Shown here piece by piece: positions 28,607 to 39,119 of a stretch of DNA of 64,000 bases. The notes under the pieces are model-generated. The model made no database searches. It was given only the letters and a program-made list of their open reading frames with translations, and was not told the DNA's origin. The stretch spans positions 32,001 through 96,000 of the forward strand of contig CAVPKK010000003.1 in the NCBI GenBank assembly GCA_963705705.1. Reading direction: 5' to 3'. Positions within the stretch are counted from its first letter, which is position 1, and the number at the start of each line of letters is the position of its first letter. The DNA is from an uncultured bacterium. Its GTDB lineage: Bacteria > Babelota > Babeliae > Babelales > JABCYS01. The position numbers and the translations under genes are program-made.

Positions 28607-30082
28607 TTACGAGTAGATCATTTTTGCTACTTGGGTTCGTAGAGCCGTAGGGAAATCGCCCTTAGGAAGCTGGGCAATGTTCGCGCGAATCGTCTTATCA
28701 TATTCAGGGTCAAGCAGATATTTATCAACGATTTTATTGAGCCAGCGGTAGCCAGTAACAACATCGCCAAGTTTGTACTTGCGAGCGAATTCAAGGTTGA
28801 AGGCCTCTACTTCGAGTGATCCATAAATATTGTCCAAGATCATCGGAACGCCGGAATATATACCTTCGCAAAAGCTACAGGTGCCAGTTTTTGTAATTAA
28901 TACATTGGCGACTGCCATAAGATCTGCAATGCGCGTGGTAAACCCAACGGTTGATATGCTGATATGAGGTGGGAATTCTAAGGCGGAAATCTTAGTTCTC
29001 AAATCTTCGCTGCGGCCAACGCATGCCACAATATGCATAGGAGTTTTGCTTTTTATGAGCCGTTTCACGTATTTTTGGCAAGCCCGAGACCCGGAAGCGC
29101 CCATGAGAATCATCACAACTTTTTTATCTGCTGGGATACCGAAATCTTGTTTAATTTTCGGAATATTCTTTTTTTCAAAAAAGCTTGGCCGGATAGGGAA
29201 ACCAGAAACGGTAATTTGTTCTGGTAATAAATCTGCAAATGCAATTTTTTCACGCACCTGGGGATCATCAAATGCCATAAAATAATGAAATTTGCCATAA
29301 CGCGGTGCCTTCATACCATTTACAAAAGTATGAGCATCAATATCAGTTGGGATAAGAATGAACGGGATATTTAATTGCTGCGCTGCATCAAGTGATGACC
29401 CATTGATCAATGGCATCACAGATATAAGTAAATCAACTTTGTTTTGTTCCAGATACGAAAGAAAGATTTTAGTAATTGATTCCTTCAGCCATGAAGTAAA
29501 TATCGCGCCAGTTTTTGTATAGAGATTGGAGAGCCAATACAGGTTATTTCTGAGGAGCCAATTATAAAAATCCTCGGCATCGACAGCTGAAAACGTCGCC
29601 ATTTTAATAAAATCATAACCCTTAAGCAGTTCGCCGGTGATATTGATCGAAACAATATCGTAATCAGGTCGTAGGTAATCAGTTATCGCAGACGTTGCTG
29701 TCATGTGACCGCCACCACCATTGCAAGTAAAGATCAAAACCTTCTTGCGTTTTGGCTTAAGTTTAGCACTCGCATTCACGGCTGATGTTACCGTTGTTTG
29801 TAGCTCATTAAGAATTGAGGCTTCAAGGTGGCTAAGCAAAGAAACCTGCGAAAGGGCAAGCATATAGGTGAAGCGATACAAACGACTGCATCTTTTAACT
29901 CGAAAGAGCAAAAAAGCCACTGACGTGGCTAGCATTTGGTTTTTGTTGTTTATGCCTCGGTGACCCTCGGCATGGAAACTGCTCTTCATTCGCTTGAGCC
30001 ACTTCTGGCTCAGACTCATTACGTTGGTTTTCATATGCCCCCAGTATAGCCAGGTAGTAAAATTATGCACCTTGGGCAACAT
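28607..30082 (-). CDS. GT28 MGDG synthase/UgtP-like diacylglycerol glycosyltransferase (start uncertain)
   Basis: GGGGHMTA, IPTD, GFPIRPSF, MGASG, GFTTRIADLM..LITKTG. Confidence 0.85.
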   Translation of the reverse strand: MLPKVHNFTTWLYWGHMKTNVMSLSQKWLKRMKSSFHAEGHRGINNKNQMLATSVAFLLFRVKRCSRLYRFTYMLALSQVSLLSHLEASILNELQTTVTSAVNASAKLKPKRKKVLIFTCNGGGGHMTATSAITDYLRPDYDIVSINITGELLKGYDFIKMATFSAVDAEDFYNWLLRNNLYWLSNLYTKTGAIFTSWLKESITKIFLSYLEQNKVDLLISVMPLINGSSLDAAQQLNIPFILIPTDIDAHTFVNGMKAPRYGKFHYFMAFDDPQVREKIAFADLLPEQITVSGFPIRPSFFEKKNIPKIKQDFGIPADKKVVMILMGASGSRACQKYVKRLIKSKTPMHIVACVGRSEDLRTKISALEFPPHISISTVGFTTRIADLMAVANVLITKTGTCSFCEGIYSGVPMILDNIYGSLEVEAFNLEFARKYKLGDVVTGYRWLNKIVDKYLLDPEYDKTIRANIAQLPKGDFPTALRTQVAKMIYS

Positions 30083-30242
30083 TTGCCAGGTATGACCACA
30101 CCAAAAGAAAGATCAAAAAGGCTATTAAAAGCCCAAAAACTACAAGGCGCCGGGCATCGACCTTTTCAATGCCCATAAATCTGGTTAATGCCGTAATTCC
30201 TCCAAGCTTAAATAAAAGATTTCGCAAAATTTCATACAACAT
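30063..30242 (-). CDS. small single-TM protein
   Basis: 59-aa ORF overlapping both neighbours; one clear TM helix. Confidence 0.5.
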   Translation of the reverse strand: MLYEILRNLLFKLGGITALTRFMGIEKVDARRLVVFGLLIAFLIFLLVWSYLANVAQGA

Positions 30243-30897
30243 GTTTATTCTCGTATTTAATTTTGTCTTCTCTCGGTCGGGTATGTGAAACATATCTAAT
30301 CTGCCGTCGCAATATGCTAAAGCTCCACAATAATGACGCCAAAGACATTACTGACGAAAATATATGCATTCTAAAGCTAATGTCGGCCATTATTGGGGTA
30401 AGTTTCTTGAGGAGCTTGAGCTGTTTGTACCCTTTAAAAAATCCATGAATCTGTGAAATCGCCTCAAGTTTAAAATAAAACCAGACAAGGGATCCGATAA
30501 GCACACATAAGAAAATAAAGAGAATAAGCACAGAAACTTGAATGGTAATTGGCACGCTCAGGCACATAAATCTCATAATAAATTGCTTATTGTCCCCAGA
30601 CCGATTGGTGAGGTAGCAAAAGAGTGTCCCGATACCTACGATAATAAGTACCCCAAGATCAATGTAATAATTATAGTCGTGATAGATTACCAGGGGTTGG
30701 ACATCTGGGGCCATGATAGCAAGGCCGTCATTAAATAGCCGATAGATCAGGCGATAAAAACCAGGGATCCAGTTTGAACCCATCAGCCCAGTCGGGACGT
30801 ATAGCATGATGAGCAGAAAGTATTTTGCCTGCTCCTGAGCAGATACGTTTCCCTCCCTTAAATCATGTGCCAGTTGGCGATAGCTCCATAAATACAT
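30232..30897 (-). CDS. hypothetical membrane protein
   Basis: GGAG RBS; about 4 hydrophobic helices. Confidence 0.75.
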   Translation of the reverse strand: MYLWSYRQLAHDLREGNVSAQEQAKYFLLIMLYVPTGLMGSNWIPGFYRLIYRLFNDGLAIMAPDVQPLVIYHDYNYYIDLGVLIIVGIGTLFCYLTNRSGDNKQFIMRFMCLSVPITIQVSVLILFIFLCVLIGSLVWFYFKLEAISQIHGFFKGYKQLKLLKKLTPIMADISFRMHIFSSVMSLASLLWSFSILRRQIRYVSHTRPREDKIKYENKHVV

Positions 30898-31040
30898 AAC
30901 TTCTCCCTAGCTTAGGGTAGCCTGGAAGGTTTGACCCCTGCAATATTTGGCCTGGAAAGTGGGTTTTTTGCCCTATGGACCGCTAGATATAATTTAAGAT
31001 TGCGATATCTTAGGCGGACCTATTTTTATAACCCTTAAAC

Positions 31041-31104
31041 CTGAGCCATGCGAAACCACCGGCAAAGCTGATCCAAGCGATCGCGTCGGCGGATGCACCC
31101 TCAG
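31041..31104 (+). promoter_or_regulatory. structured rpsA 5' leader
   Basis: Nested stems ctgag/ctcag, ccaccggc/gtcggcgg, gatc/gatc, ending 18 nt before the ATG. Confidence 0.45.
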
Positions 31105-31122
31105 CCACCTTTCGGAGTATTC

Positions 31123-32934
31123 ATGTCAAAAGAAAGAATTCGTTCCTCCCAATTTGCCAACGTTAACCTGCTTGATGAATCAGGCTTAGAACTGAATCAA
31201 GAACAACGAGCGACGGTTAATGAGCTCTATCAAGGCATTGAAAAATTGCGACCTGGCCAATTAGTAAAAGGTACCGTTTTACGCGTTGATAATGACGGTG
31301 TTTTACTAGATATCGGCTACAAATCAGATGGCTTAATATCTGCCCATGAATTTGGCCATGATCTGAGAAAAATTAAGGTTGGGGAAGAACTCGAAGTTAT
31401 ATTGGACGAACTGGAAAGCCCAGAAGGCGCCGTTGTCCTATCATATGAAAAAGCTCGTGAACTCCGGGCGTGGGAAAGCATTACTAAGCTATTTGAAGAC
31501 GGTAAGCCAGTCGAAGGTCTCATCACTCATAAGGTTAAGGGTGGCTTGAGTGTCGATATTGGAATCCCTGCCTTCCTTCCAGGCTCACAAGTTGATATCC
31601 AGCGTGTTAATGATTTCGATCAATTTGTTGGTCAAACCGTTACAGCTGACATTATTAAAATTAACCGTAAACGCGGTAACGTTATCCTTTCTCGCCGTAA
31701 GTACCTCCACAATCTCCGTACCGAATCTCGCAAGAAAGTGCTTGATTCATTGGCTGCTGAAAGCGTGGTACAAGGCGTGGTTAAGAACATTACCAACTAT
31801 GGCGTGTTCGTAGATATTGGCGGCATTGATGGTCTATTACACATTACTGATATGACATGGGGTCGCATTGCGCATCCAAGTGAAATCGTAAAAGTGGGCG
31901 ATACTATCACCGTTAAGGTTCTTTCAATCGACAAAGACAATGCCAAGGTATCATTGGGCATGAAACAGCTCACCGATAACCCATGGAGTGCAGTCGATGG
32001 TGCATTGCAGGTTGGCTCTCGTGTTAAGGGAACTATTTCAAGCATCACCGAATATGGCTTGTTTGTAGAACTGCTTAAAGGCGTTGAAGGACTTGTACAT
32101 ATTTCTGAGGTTTCTTGGACCGAGAGAATTTCTGATCTACGCAAACATTATAAGGTTGGCGAAGAGATCGAAGTGCTTGTAGTTTCGGTTGATAAAGAAA
32201 ATCGACGCATGTCATTGAGCGTCAAGCAGCTTGAACAAAATCCGTGGGAAGCTCTTACAAATGAACTACAGGTTGGTCAGCACATAAAAGGCGTGATAAG
32301 CAACATCGCCGATTTCGGTATGTTTGTAACAATTAAGCCTGGCATTGATGGCTTAGTCCACGTATCAGATTTATCTTGGACCGATCACATCAACCATCCG
32401 AGCGACCTGTATAAGAAAGGTCAAGAGATCGAAGTGGTTGTTCTTGGTATCGACCAAAATAGTAAAAAAGTATCATTGGGCATTAAGCAACTTACTCCTG
32501 ATCCTTGGGAAACAATCGAACAAGAATACCCTCGGGGCACAATGGTTGATGGAACTGTTACAAAGATCACCTCATTTGGTGCCTTTGTGAAATTACCATC
32601 TGGCATTGAAGGACTTATCCATAATTCAGAAGTGATTGTTCCTGCTGGCGGTAAAGTTGAAGATGTATTGCAAATCGGCCAAAAATATCAGTTCCGTGTA
32701 ATTAATGTGAATCGTGAAGAACGTAAGATCGCATTGAGCATGCGTCCGGCAGATGCCGCTGGTTCAGAAGTTCGTGAAAACCGCGAGCGTCGTCCAAGCC
32801 GCGAGCGTCGTCCGCAATATCAAGCCGAAACACAGGGTCCAAAACCTAAATCTCAGTTCCAGCTTGAGCTAGAACGTGCTATGGCATCACGCGGTGAGGC
32901 TTCTCCTGAAGCGGGAAAAGAGGGTGAGGAATAG
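31123..32934 (+). CDS. rpsA: 30S ribosomal protein S1
   Basis: Six S1 domains ([57 protein letters not shown]). Confidence 0.98.
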   Translation: MSKERIRSSQFANVNLLDESGLELNQEQRATVNELYQGIEKLRPGQLVKGTVLRVDNDGVLLDIGYKSDGLISAHEFGHDLRKIKVGEELEVILDELESPEGAVVLSYEKARELRAWESITKLFEDGKPVEGLITHKVKGGLSVDIGIPAFLPGSQVDIQRVNDFDQFVGQTVTADIIKINRKRGNVILSRRKYLHNLRTESRKKVLDSLAAESVVQGVVKNITNYGVFVDIGGIDGLLHITDMTWGRIAHPSEIVKVGDTITVKVLSIDKDNAKVSLGMKQLTDNPWSAVDGALQVGSRVKGTISSITEYGLFVELLKGVEGLVHISEVSWTERISDLRKHYKVGEEIEVLVVSVDKENRRMSLSVKQLEQNPWEALTNELQVGQHIKGVISNIADFGMFVTIKPGIDGLVHVSDLSWTDHINHPSDLYKKGQEIEVVVLGIDQNSKKVSLGIKQLTPDPWETIEQEYPRGTMVDGTVTKITSFGAFVKLPSGIEGLIHNSEVIVPAGGKVEDVLQIGQKYQFRVINVNREERKIALSMRPADAAGSEVRENRERRPSRERRPQYQAETQGPKPKSQFQLELERAMASRGEASPEAGKEGEE

Positions 32935-32935
32935 C

Positions 32936-33364
32936 ATGGCTATTGAACGTACCCTTGCCATCATTAAGCCTGATGCTATTCGCGCTAAAAATGCCGGCAA
33001 AATTATAGATATGATCGAAGCGCATGGATTTAATATCCTGCGCATGAAGAAGATGCAGTTAACGAAAGAACAAGCAGAAGAGTTTTATGCAGTGCATAAA
33101 GCTCGCTCATTCTTCGATGAATTGACCTCATTCATGATCAGTGGTCCAGTAATTGTAATGGCGCTTGAGAAAGAGAATGCTATTGCTGATTGGCGTAAGC
33201 TCATGGGCGAAACTAATCCAGCAAATGCTGCACCTGGCACGATCCGCAAGCTATTTGGTGCCAATATTGGCGATAATGCCGTACATGGTTCTGATAGCCC
33301 GGAAACTGCACAGTTTGAAGTTGGGTTCTTCTTTCCTGATCAGAAATCATCCTGCTGCAAATAG
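32936..33364 (+). CDS. ndk: nucleoside diphosphate kinase
   Basis: [24 protein letters not shown]. Confidence 0.98.
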   Translation: MAIERTLAIIKPDAIRAKNAGKIIDMIEAHGFNILRMKKMQLTKEQAEEFYAVHKARSFFDELTSFMISGPVIVMALEKENAIADWRKLMGETNPANAAPGTIRKLFGANIGDNAVHGSDSPETAQFEVGFFFPDQKSSCCK

Positions 33365-33402
33365 ATCTCTCGATTAATATCTTTTGATTATTTTAGACAA
33401 AT

Positions 33403-33426
33403 AGGGCCGCTCATATGAGCGGCCCT
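33403..33426. terminator. 24-bp perfect palindrome, probable terminator after ndk
   Basis: agggccgctcat/atgagcggccct followed by a T-rich tract. Confidence 0.75.
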
Positions 33427-33521
33427 TAATTTTTTCTTGCTGAAAAACGTACTTATGATGTTTGTATTATTAAGCGGGACCTGGAGAGGTCGCAGCCCTC
33501 TCCTCCCAAGATGTTTGACGA

Positions 33522-33541
33522 TCGAAGACTCAGGATGAGCG
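33522..33541. repeat. fragment of palindromic repeat family
   Basis: tcgaagactcaggatgagcg, identical to 26006-26025. Confidence 0.7.
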
Positions 33542-33561
33542 CTTGCGGGCTCTACTGTTAG

Positions 33562-34044
33562 TTAAGTAGAAACAGGTTCTTTTTCTGGTTGCTTACCAAG
33601 TCTTTTAAGAGCTTCATCAAGTACGCCGTTTACAAAACGATACGCATCTCGCTCAGAAAAGCATTTTGATAATTCAATAGCTTCATTAAGAATGATTTTG
33701 GGTTCAATGTTGGTATTGAGTAGTTCCCAAATTGCGAGGCGCAGTACTAACTTTGTACACGTACCCACGCGCTCAAGCCGCCAGTTGGAAAGGAGCGGCT
33801 TAATAAACTCATCAAGTTCATCTCGTTTATCGATAATTGCTTGAGCAATGCGAAACTCGTCACCATCAAGTTTTATATCTTGATCAAAGCCGCGATTCAT
33901 ATTGTCGATTATTGATGATAAAGAAATTTGATAATCGGTGGCATCTGCTGCGTAAAGCAAATGGAAAATAATGGCCCGCTTTTTGCGGGCCTCACTTATT
34001 TGTTCGTCGTTTTCAGTAGTGCAAGTTGTTTCGTCGGACATCAT
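33562..34044 (-). CDS. nusB: transcription antitermination factor
   Basis: NWRLER, LRLAIWEL, ILNEAIEL, FVNGVLD. Confidence 0.95.
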   Translation of the reverse strand: MMSDETTCTTENDEQISEARKKRAIIFHLLYAADATDYQISLSSIIDNMNRGFDQDIKLDGDEFRIAQAIIDKRDELDEFIKPLLSNWRLERVGTCTKLVLRLAIWELLNTNIEPKIILNEAIELSKCFSERDAYRFVNGVLDEALKRLGKQPEKEPVST

Positions 34045-34049
34045 ATTTG

Positions 34050-34622
34050 CTATCGTTTCTTCTCAGCGCGCTCGAGATATTTATTTTGCTCGGTGTTTAT
34101 TCTAATAATGTCGCCAGTTTCAACGAAGAGTGGTGCTTGAATAACCAGACCGGTTTCAAGAGTTACTGGCTTTGTGCCTGCACCTTGTGCAGTATCGCCC
34201 TTAACGCCAGGTGGTGCGTCGGTTACCTCTAGTTCCATCTGTTCAGGTGGTGCGATGGTTACCGGCTTGCCTTCAAAATAAAGAATTTTATAAACGATCT
34301 GTTCCTTGAGATAGTCTTTAACTTCTTCAATCTGTTTTTCGCTGAGCGCTACTTCATCAGCAGTCTTTTGGTCGAGGAAATTGTACATCTCGCCATCATT
34401 GTATAGATATTGCATTTCGCGATATTGAAGATCAGGCTTCTCAAACTTTTCATCAGAACGGAATGTCTCTTCGTGAATGAGTCCGGTGAGTAGGTTTTTA
34501 ACCCGCGTGCGCACCAAACCACCGCGCATAGCACGTTTATGGTGTTGGAAATCAATCACGATGTATGGTTGCTTATTGAGGAGGATTTTTAGACCTTTGC
34601 GAAAGTCACTAGTTGTTAGCAC
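34050..34622 (-). CDS. efp: elongation factor P
   Basis: TSDFRKGL, VRTRVKNLLTG, PPGVKGDTA, KPVTLETG. Confidence 0.96.
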   Translation of the reverse strand: MLTTSDFRKGLKILLNKQPYIVIDFQHHKRAMRGGLVRTRVKNLLTGLIHEETFRSDEKFEKPDLQYREMQYLYNDGEMYNFLDQKTADEVALSEKQIEEVKDYLKEQIVYKILYFEGKPVTIAPPEQMELEVTDAPPGVKGDTAQGAGTKPVTLETGLVIQAPLFVETGDIIRINTEQNKYLERAEKKR

Positions 34623-34743
34623 GCGATTACCTTTCTGGATGTTTTTTTCAGGTCAGGTAAGTATAGAAAGAGATGGAAAAAATTCCAGTTTAAAGCCGAC
34701 CTGGTATTATCTGGTCCCGTCAATATATTCAAAAGGGAGCCTT

Positions 34744-36117
34744 ATGAATTTTTCTCTCAAGCGCCACCTACCAATCATTATCGCCGCTTTTCTCTTCATT
34801 ATTACTACTTGGTTTTTCTGGCCTGGTATGTTGTCAGAAGACGCAGCTGGTCAAATGCAGCAGGCATTTGCTGGCTTTTACACTGATCACCATCCGCCTA
34901 TGATGGCCTTTTATTGGCGGCTCTTGATGAAATTAGTACCGGGGCCGGGGCTATTATTCCTAACGCAACAGCTTTTCCTTTGGCTGGCGGTTGGCATTTT
35001 TGCCTATATTTTTGAATATTCACCCTGGCGGTGGTTTTTCCTAGCGTTACCGTTCTGGCCCCAAATATTTAGATACGAATTCTTTCTTCTAAAAGATGTG
35101 CAATTTACCTATTGCTTCCTGCTCATTGCAGCTCTGCTCAGCTACTATGCCGTGCGCCAAAGAAGACCGGGTTGGTTGGCAACTTCAGCCATTCTGCTGC
35201 TGGCTTTTTATGGCACGGCTATCAAATTTCAAGCACAGTTCGTTCTTCCGCTCATTACCCTCTGGCTAAGTTGCGTTTTATATCGTTCCAAAGAGGAAGA
35301 AAGTAAAACCAATATCGCTCGGCCTCTTGTTCTTGGGCTATTTCTGAGTGGGGGATTGTTATTCGGTGTGCATTCATTTAACGATGCGATGACCAATGTA
35401 AAAAATCATATGTGGCAAAGTGTTAAAATTTATGATTTAGCAGCAATGAGTTTGCAGGAAAATAGATCATTGTTTCCAGATTTTATTAATCAAAACCCGC
35501 TTTTTTCTATGGAAGCCGTGGCTGCGCGATACAATATAGAACGAGTCGATGATCTTTTTTATGATGATATAAGCAAGGGTGACGCACCTGGTCCATTACG
35601 AGCTGGAAATAATGAGGAAGAACGTAACGCATTATATGCGGCCTGGCTGAAGGCTGTTGTTACCAATCCCTTAGGATATATTCGTGCGCGCGCCGTCTTG
35701 TCTAATCGCTTAACAAGCTCCCCGTTGGGCAGGAGCTGTGGCGCAATTGCTGCGGATCCTACCGCTTCGCCATTATTGCGAAAGCTTATGCATGTCATTG
35801 ATCAAACAGGGGTTGAGCAATTATTGCGGCTTATTTTGTCATTCAAATTCTATTTAGCGCTCATGTTTTTATACATTGCATTGGCTTTGGCCTTTCCATT
35901 CTCGCGACATGCGCTTTCGTTGCTATTTTTAAACGCTTTAGGACTTGCAATTATTGGCGTCATTTTCTTTTGCTCGATGGCCACGGCGCCGCGTTATATT
36001 TATCTTGCTACCTGTTGCCACCATTTTTCTCATCCATTCTTTTTTAGTCTTATACGAGATCTGTGGCTGAAAAAACTAGCACGCGCTACGGAGGCTGTGG
36101 TAACTCGCACGAGTTAA
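34744..36117 (+). CDS. polytopic membrane protein, putative GT-C-fold glycosyltransferase
   Basis: WPGMLSED..Q..QA..G..TDHHPP in the first external loop; many TM helices with a large periplasmic loop. Confidence 0.6.
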   Translation: MNFSLKRHLPIIIAAFLFIITTWFFWPGMLSEDAAGQMQQAFAGFYTDHHPPMMAFYWRLLMKLVPGPGLLFLTQQLFLWLAVGIFAYIFEYSPWRWFFLALPFWPQIFRYEFFLLKDVQFTYCFLLIAALLSYYAVRQRRPGWLATSAILLLAFYGTAIKFQAQFVLPLITLWLSCVLYRSKEEESKTNIARPLVLGLFLSGGLLFGVHSFNDAMTNVKNHMWQSVKIYDLAAMSLQENRSLFPDFINQNPLFSMEAVAARYNIERVDDLFYDDISKGDAPGPLRAGNNEEERNALYAAWLKAVVTNPLGYIRARAVLSNRLTSSPLGRSCGAIAADPTASPLLRKLMHVIDQTGVEQLLRLILSFKFYLALMFLYIALALAFPFSRHALSLLFLNALGLAIIGVIFFCSMATAPRYIYLATCCHHFSHPFFFSLIRDLWLKKLARATEAVVTRTS

Positions 36118-36118
36118 C

Positions 36119-37282
36119 TCATTTCGCAATGGCATAGTTAAAACTTATAAGGCCAAATAAGCCCGCAAACGCAATAAATCCATATAAATAGGATGTTATT
36201 GGAATAGCTATAATCCCTGGCAATGCACTCCAACCAAGCGCGACAGCGAAGGCTAGCAAAACCTGCCAAGGCAGTGGCCTATACCAAGCCGCCAACAAGC
36301 CGATATTGGCAAAAAGAATTAGGTAAAATAAAAGAACGCCACTTTTTGCGGCATAGGTAGTAATTACAAACCATGGGTTTTTTCGAACAATATCCATATA
36401 TTCAGCCTTGGCTACACGTTCGTATTCAGGTGACGATTCTCGGGTCCATGATGCATTTCGCTCGGCAACCTTTTTCGCAATTGCGCCATCCAGATAGGAA
36501 AGCCCATATTCATTATTAAGATATCCAAGGCCGCCTAGGGCAGGATGCCAAAATCCATGAAACTGATGGATATCCGTGTGATCGGGTGCATGAGCCTTAA
36601 CGAATTTTTCATAGCGATGATTCGCATACATAAAATAGCCATACGTGATAGTGAGGCCAGCAAACAAAAAGCCTAGGCCAATTGCAGCAGATCCTATTCT
36701 TTTTGATTTATACGATTGAGCGATCAAAAGGGTAATTGCAAATAATAATGCAGCTACGCCTGCATGTGCGCGAATGAAATTGGCACAGCCGGCCGCAATG
36801 CCCAACAAAAAAAGGAAGGCATATGCCGATTTTGTCAGATTTCTTTGAAGAAGATATAACGCCCACGGGATAGTGGCTATGGCGAGGGCTGCTGGGACGC
36901 GATAGAGATCGAGTGCACCGGTCGTTACCTTGGTAAGGATGAGCAGATATCCGACAGCTATAACTCGTTGATAGTTTTTGTTGAAAAGGTAGATGCAGCT
37001 TATGCTGCCAATCAGCAGGCCGCCAATACTCATGCCGTTGAAAAAGAGTGAGATCGCATCATCAAGTGATAGATGAAACAACTGCATGAGCTTGGGGACC
37101 AGAATATATAAGCCAACATCGTCGGCATTAAGAAGGGGTTTAAATTGGCCATCCGCGGTTTTTGCCAGAAATGGCAGGCCGGTTTCATAATAAGCAGGTA
37201 ACATATCTCGTAATAAGTCATATCTGACTGGCATAAGTTGCGTTTTTGCCCCAAAGAAGAGTTGGAAGAAGGTATTAAACAT
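36119..37282 (-). CDS. polytopic membrane protein, possible GT-C-like
   Basis: N-terminal ADDxG acidic motif, multiple TM helices, periplasmic loop HGFWHP..GLGY. Confidence 0.5.
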   Translation of the reverse strand: MFNTFFQLFFGAKTQLMPVRYDLLRDMLPAYYETGLPFLAKTADGQFKPLLNADDVGLYILVPKLMQLFHLSLDDAISLFFNGMSIGGLLIGSISCIYLFNKNYQRVIAVGYLLILTKVTTGALDLYRVPAALAIATIPWALYLLQRNLTKSAYAFLFLLGIAAGCANFIRAHAGVAALLFAITLLIAQSYKSKRIGSAAIGLGFLFAGLTITYGYFMYANHRYEKFVKAHAPDHTDIHQFHGFWHPALGGLGYLNNEYGLSYLDGAIAKKVAERNASWTRESSPEYERVAKAEYMDIVRKNPWFVITTYAAKSGVLLFYLILFANIGLLAAWYRPLPWQVLLAFAVALGWSALPGIIAIPITSYLYGFIAFAGLFGLISFNYAIAK

Positions 37283-37496
37283 TTATTTGATCCCTTTAAT
37301 AGTCATTTGCTAGATTCATCGCTCTTTTGCAGATCATAAGAGTTTTTATCCAAAGTACCAGGATTAAGGGAGTCCAGGGTTATAGGGCCGGTTTTTCACT
37401 GTACATAAGGTATTTTGGGATGAGGTAGGGCCCTAGACCATTAGACTTAAGGGGGCATTTAGGCTAGATTGCTACCTGTAGTTCTTAATATTTGCC

Positions 37497-37557
37497 AAGC
37501 GAGTCGGGAAATTTATTTCCCAATAAGCGCAGCGATATAAAGGTGGCGTCAGCCACC
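37497..37557 (+). repeat. 61-nt two-hairpin motif, copy 2 (upstream of RRM gene)
   Basis: Ungapped match to 8400-8460. Confidence 0.75.
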
Positions 37558-37638
37558 AAATACCTACCGATGATGCGCCATATAGTTTGGCTTCATTGAA
37601 TTTCTTTTATTTCTTTTTTTTTAAAGGTACAACCGTAC

Positions 37639-38004
37639 ATGAACATCTATGTAGGCAACCTGCCACCTTCAGTTAGTGAAGATACCCTTCGTTCCTTGTT
37701 CGCGGCCTATGGCCAAATTAGCTCCGTACGCATCATCAAGGATAAATTTTCTGGTCAACCTCGCGGTTTTGGTTTCGTTGAAATGGCTGACAACGGCGAA
37801 GCAGAAACAGCAATTGCACAATTAAACGGTGCAGAACTTGAAGGTTCACGCCTTCGTGTTAATGAAGCTCGCCCACCACAAGCTCGTCCTATGGGCGGTG
37901 GTAGCAGCCGTGGCCCAAGAAGCTTTGATCGTGGCTCATCTCGCCCTATGGGTGGTGGTGGACGCGGTGGTTTCGGCGGCAGCCGTGGCGGTGACCGTTA
38001 CTAA
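37639..38004 (+). CDS. RRM RNA-binding protein with Gly/Arg-rich tail
   Basis: RNP2 IYVGNL, RNP1 RGFGFVEM, RGG tail. Confidence 0.96.
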   Translation: MNIYVGNLPPSVSEDTLRSLFAAYGQISSVRIIKDKFSGQPRGFGFVEMADNGEAETAIAQLNGAELEGSRLRVNEARPPQARPMGGGSSRGPRSFDRGSSRPMGGGGRGGFGGSRGGDRY

Positions 38005-38057
38005 GTAACATACGCTTTAGGGCATGATAACATCATGATCTAAGCGCACCAAAGAAC

Positions 38058-38093
38058 AAAAAGACTCTCGTAGCAATACGAGGGTCTTTTTTT
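38058..38093 (+). terminator. rho-independent terminator
   Basis: aaaaagactctcgta-gcaa-tacgagggtcttttttt. Confidence 0.88.
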
Positions 38094-38210
38094 ATGCGCA
38101 TTGTTGAAAAAATTAAAATGCATTAGCTTTTAGATAGAGTTAAAATACAGGTTGCAGGAAGAATCCGTGCGTATCTAGTCCTGGGTTGATGAAGAAATTC
38201 TTGAGGAAGA

Positions 38211-39095
38211 GTGATGATATTTACAAAAAAATCCTATATTGCTGGCCTTCTTTTTTTTACGATGTCCCTTGGGGCGGAGAAATATGTTATTGGTTGTTGG
38301 AATGCTGGTTTTTTTTCTACTTTTTTAGGAGTATTAAATCAGCTTGATTGGTGCGAAAAAAATAATCTTACGCCGACGGTTTATTGGAACAATTCTTGTA
38401 ACTTCGCATGTCAGGGTACAAATTGTATTGCCAATAATTGGGAGAATTATTTTGAACCTGTTTCTTCTCTAGTATATAGTCCGGGAGATCTCATTCACAA
38501 TCAGTATGAAGCACCAAATGGCATGAGCACCTTTTTCATGGGAAATAATAGCAAGGATAGTCGAAGCTTGGCTAATTCGCTTATCTTAAAATATATCAAA
38601 ATAAAGCCGGCCATTTTAGAAAAAATTGATTTGTTTTATGACACGTATATGCGGGGGAAAAAAACAATCGGCTTGCACATACGCGGTACTGACAAACCTA
38701 AGGAAATTAAACAAGTACCTTTAGATCAAATCATTAATGAATCACTCAAATATGCAGATGAGACAACTCAATTTTTTATCGCGAGTGAAGACCTCAAATT
38801 ATTTGAACAAGCCAAAATGAAACTCAATGGAAAAGTTGTTATATCGCAAGATTGCATTCGCATTACTTGTCCTGCCTGGTTATGCGTAAACGATAGGGTG
38901 ACTATCGGCCAAGAAGTACTTATTGATGCAATTTTACTATCGCGTTGCGATAGACTTATTCATACCGCATCAAATGTGTCCACGGCTGCTTTATTTTTTA
39001 ATAAAGATTTACCAAATACTATGCTGTCGAAAAAAGGATTTGTTTGCGGTGATAGCGATTTGGATAACGATGTAGGTTCATGCATATATGATTAG
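38211..39095 (+). CDS. NodZ/GT23-like fucosyltransferase, signal peptide
   Basis: GFFS, IGLHIRGTDK, FIASED, IDAILLSRCD..SNVS. Confidence 0.8.
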   Translation: MMIFTKKSYIAGLLFFTMSLGAEKYVIGCWNAGFFSTFLGVLNQLDWCEKNNLTPTVYWNNSCNFACQGTNCIANNWENYFEPVSSLVYSPGDLIHNQYEAPNGMSTFFMGNNSKDSRSLANSLILKYIKIKPAILEKIDLFYDTYMRGKKTIGLHIRGTDKPKEIKQVPLDQIINESLKYADETTQFFIASEDLKLFEQAKMKLNGKVVISQDCIRITCPAWLCVNDRVTIGQEVLIDAILLSRCDRLIHTASNVSTAALFFNKDLPNTMLSKKGFVCGDSDLDNDVGSCIYD

Positions 39096-39119
39096 CGTAA
39101 TCAATCTTCTATTTTTGAA

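Noticed and set aside
32782..32814. Short duplication in the rpsA tail (RERRP x2)
   Set aside because: Ordinary low-complexity S1 C-terminus
34477..34743. 89-aa N-terminal extension of the membrane ORF
   Set aside because: Overlaps efp antisense; ATG 34744 has a GGGAG RBS
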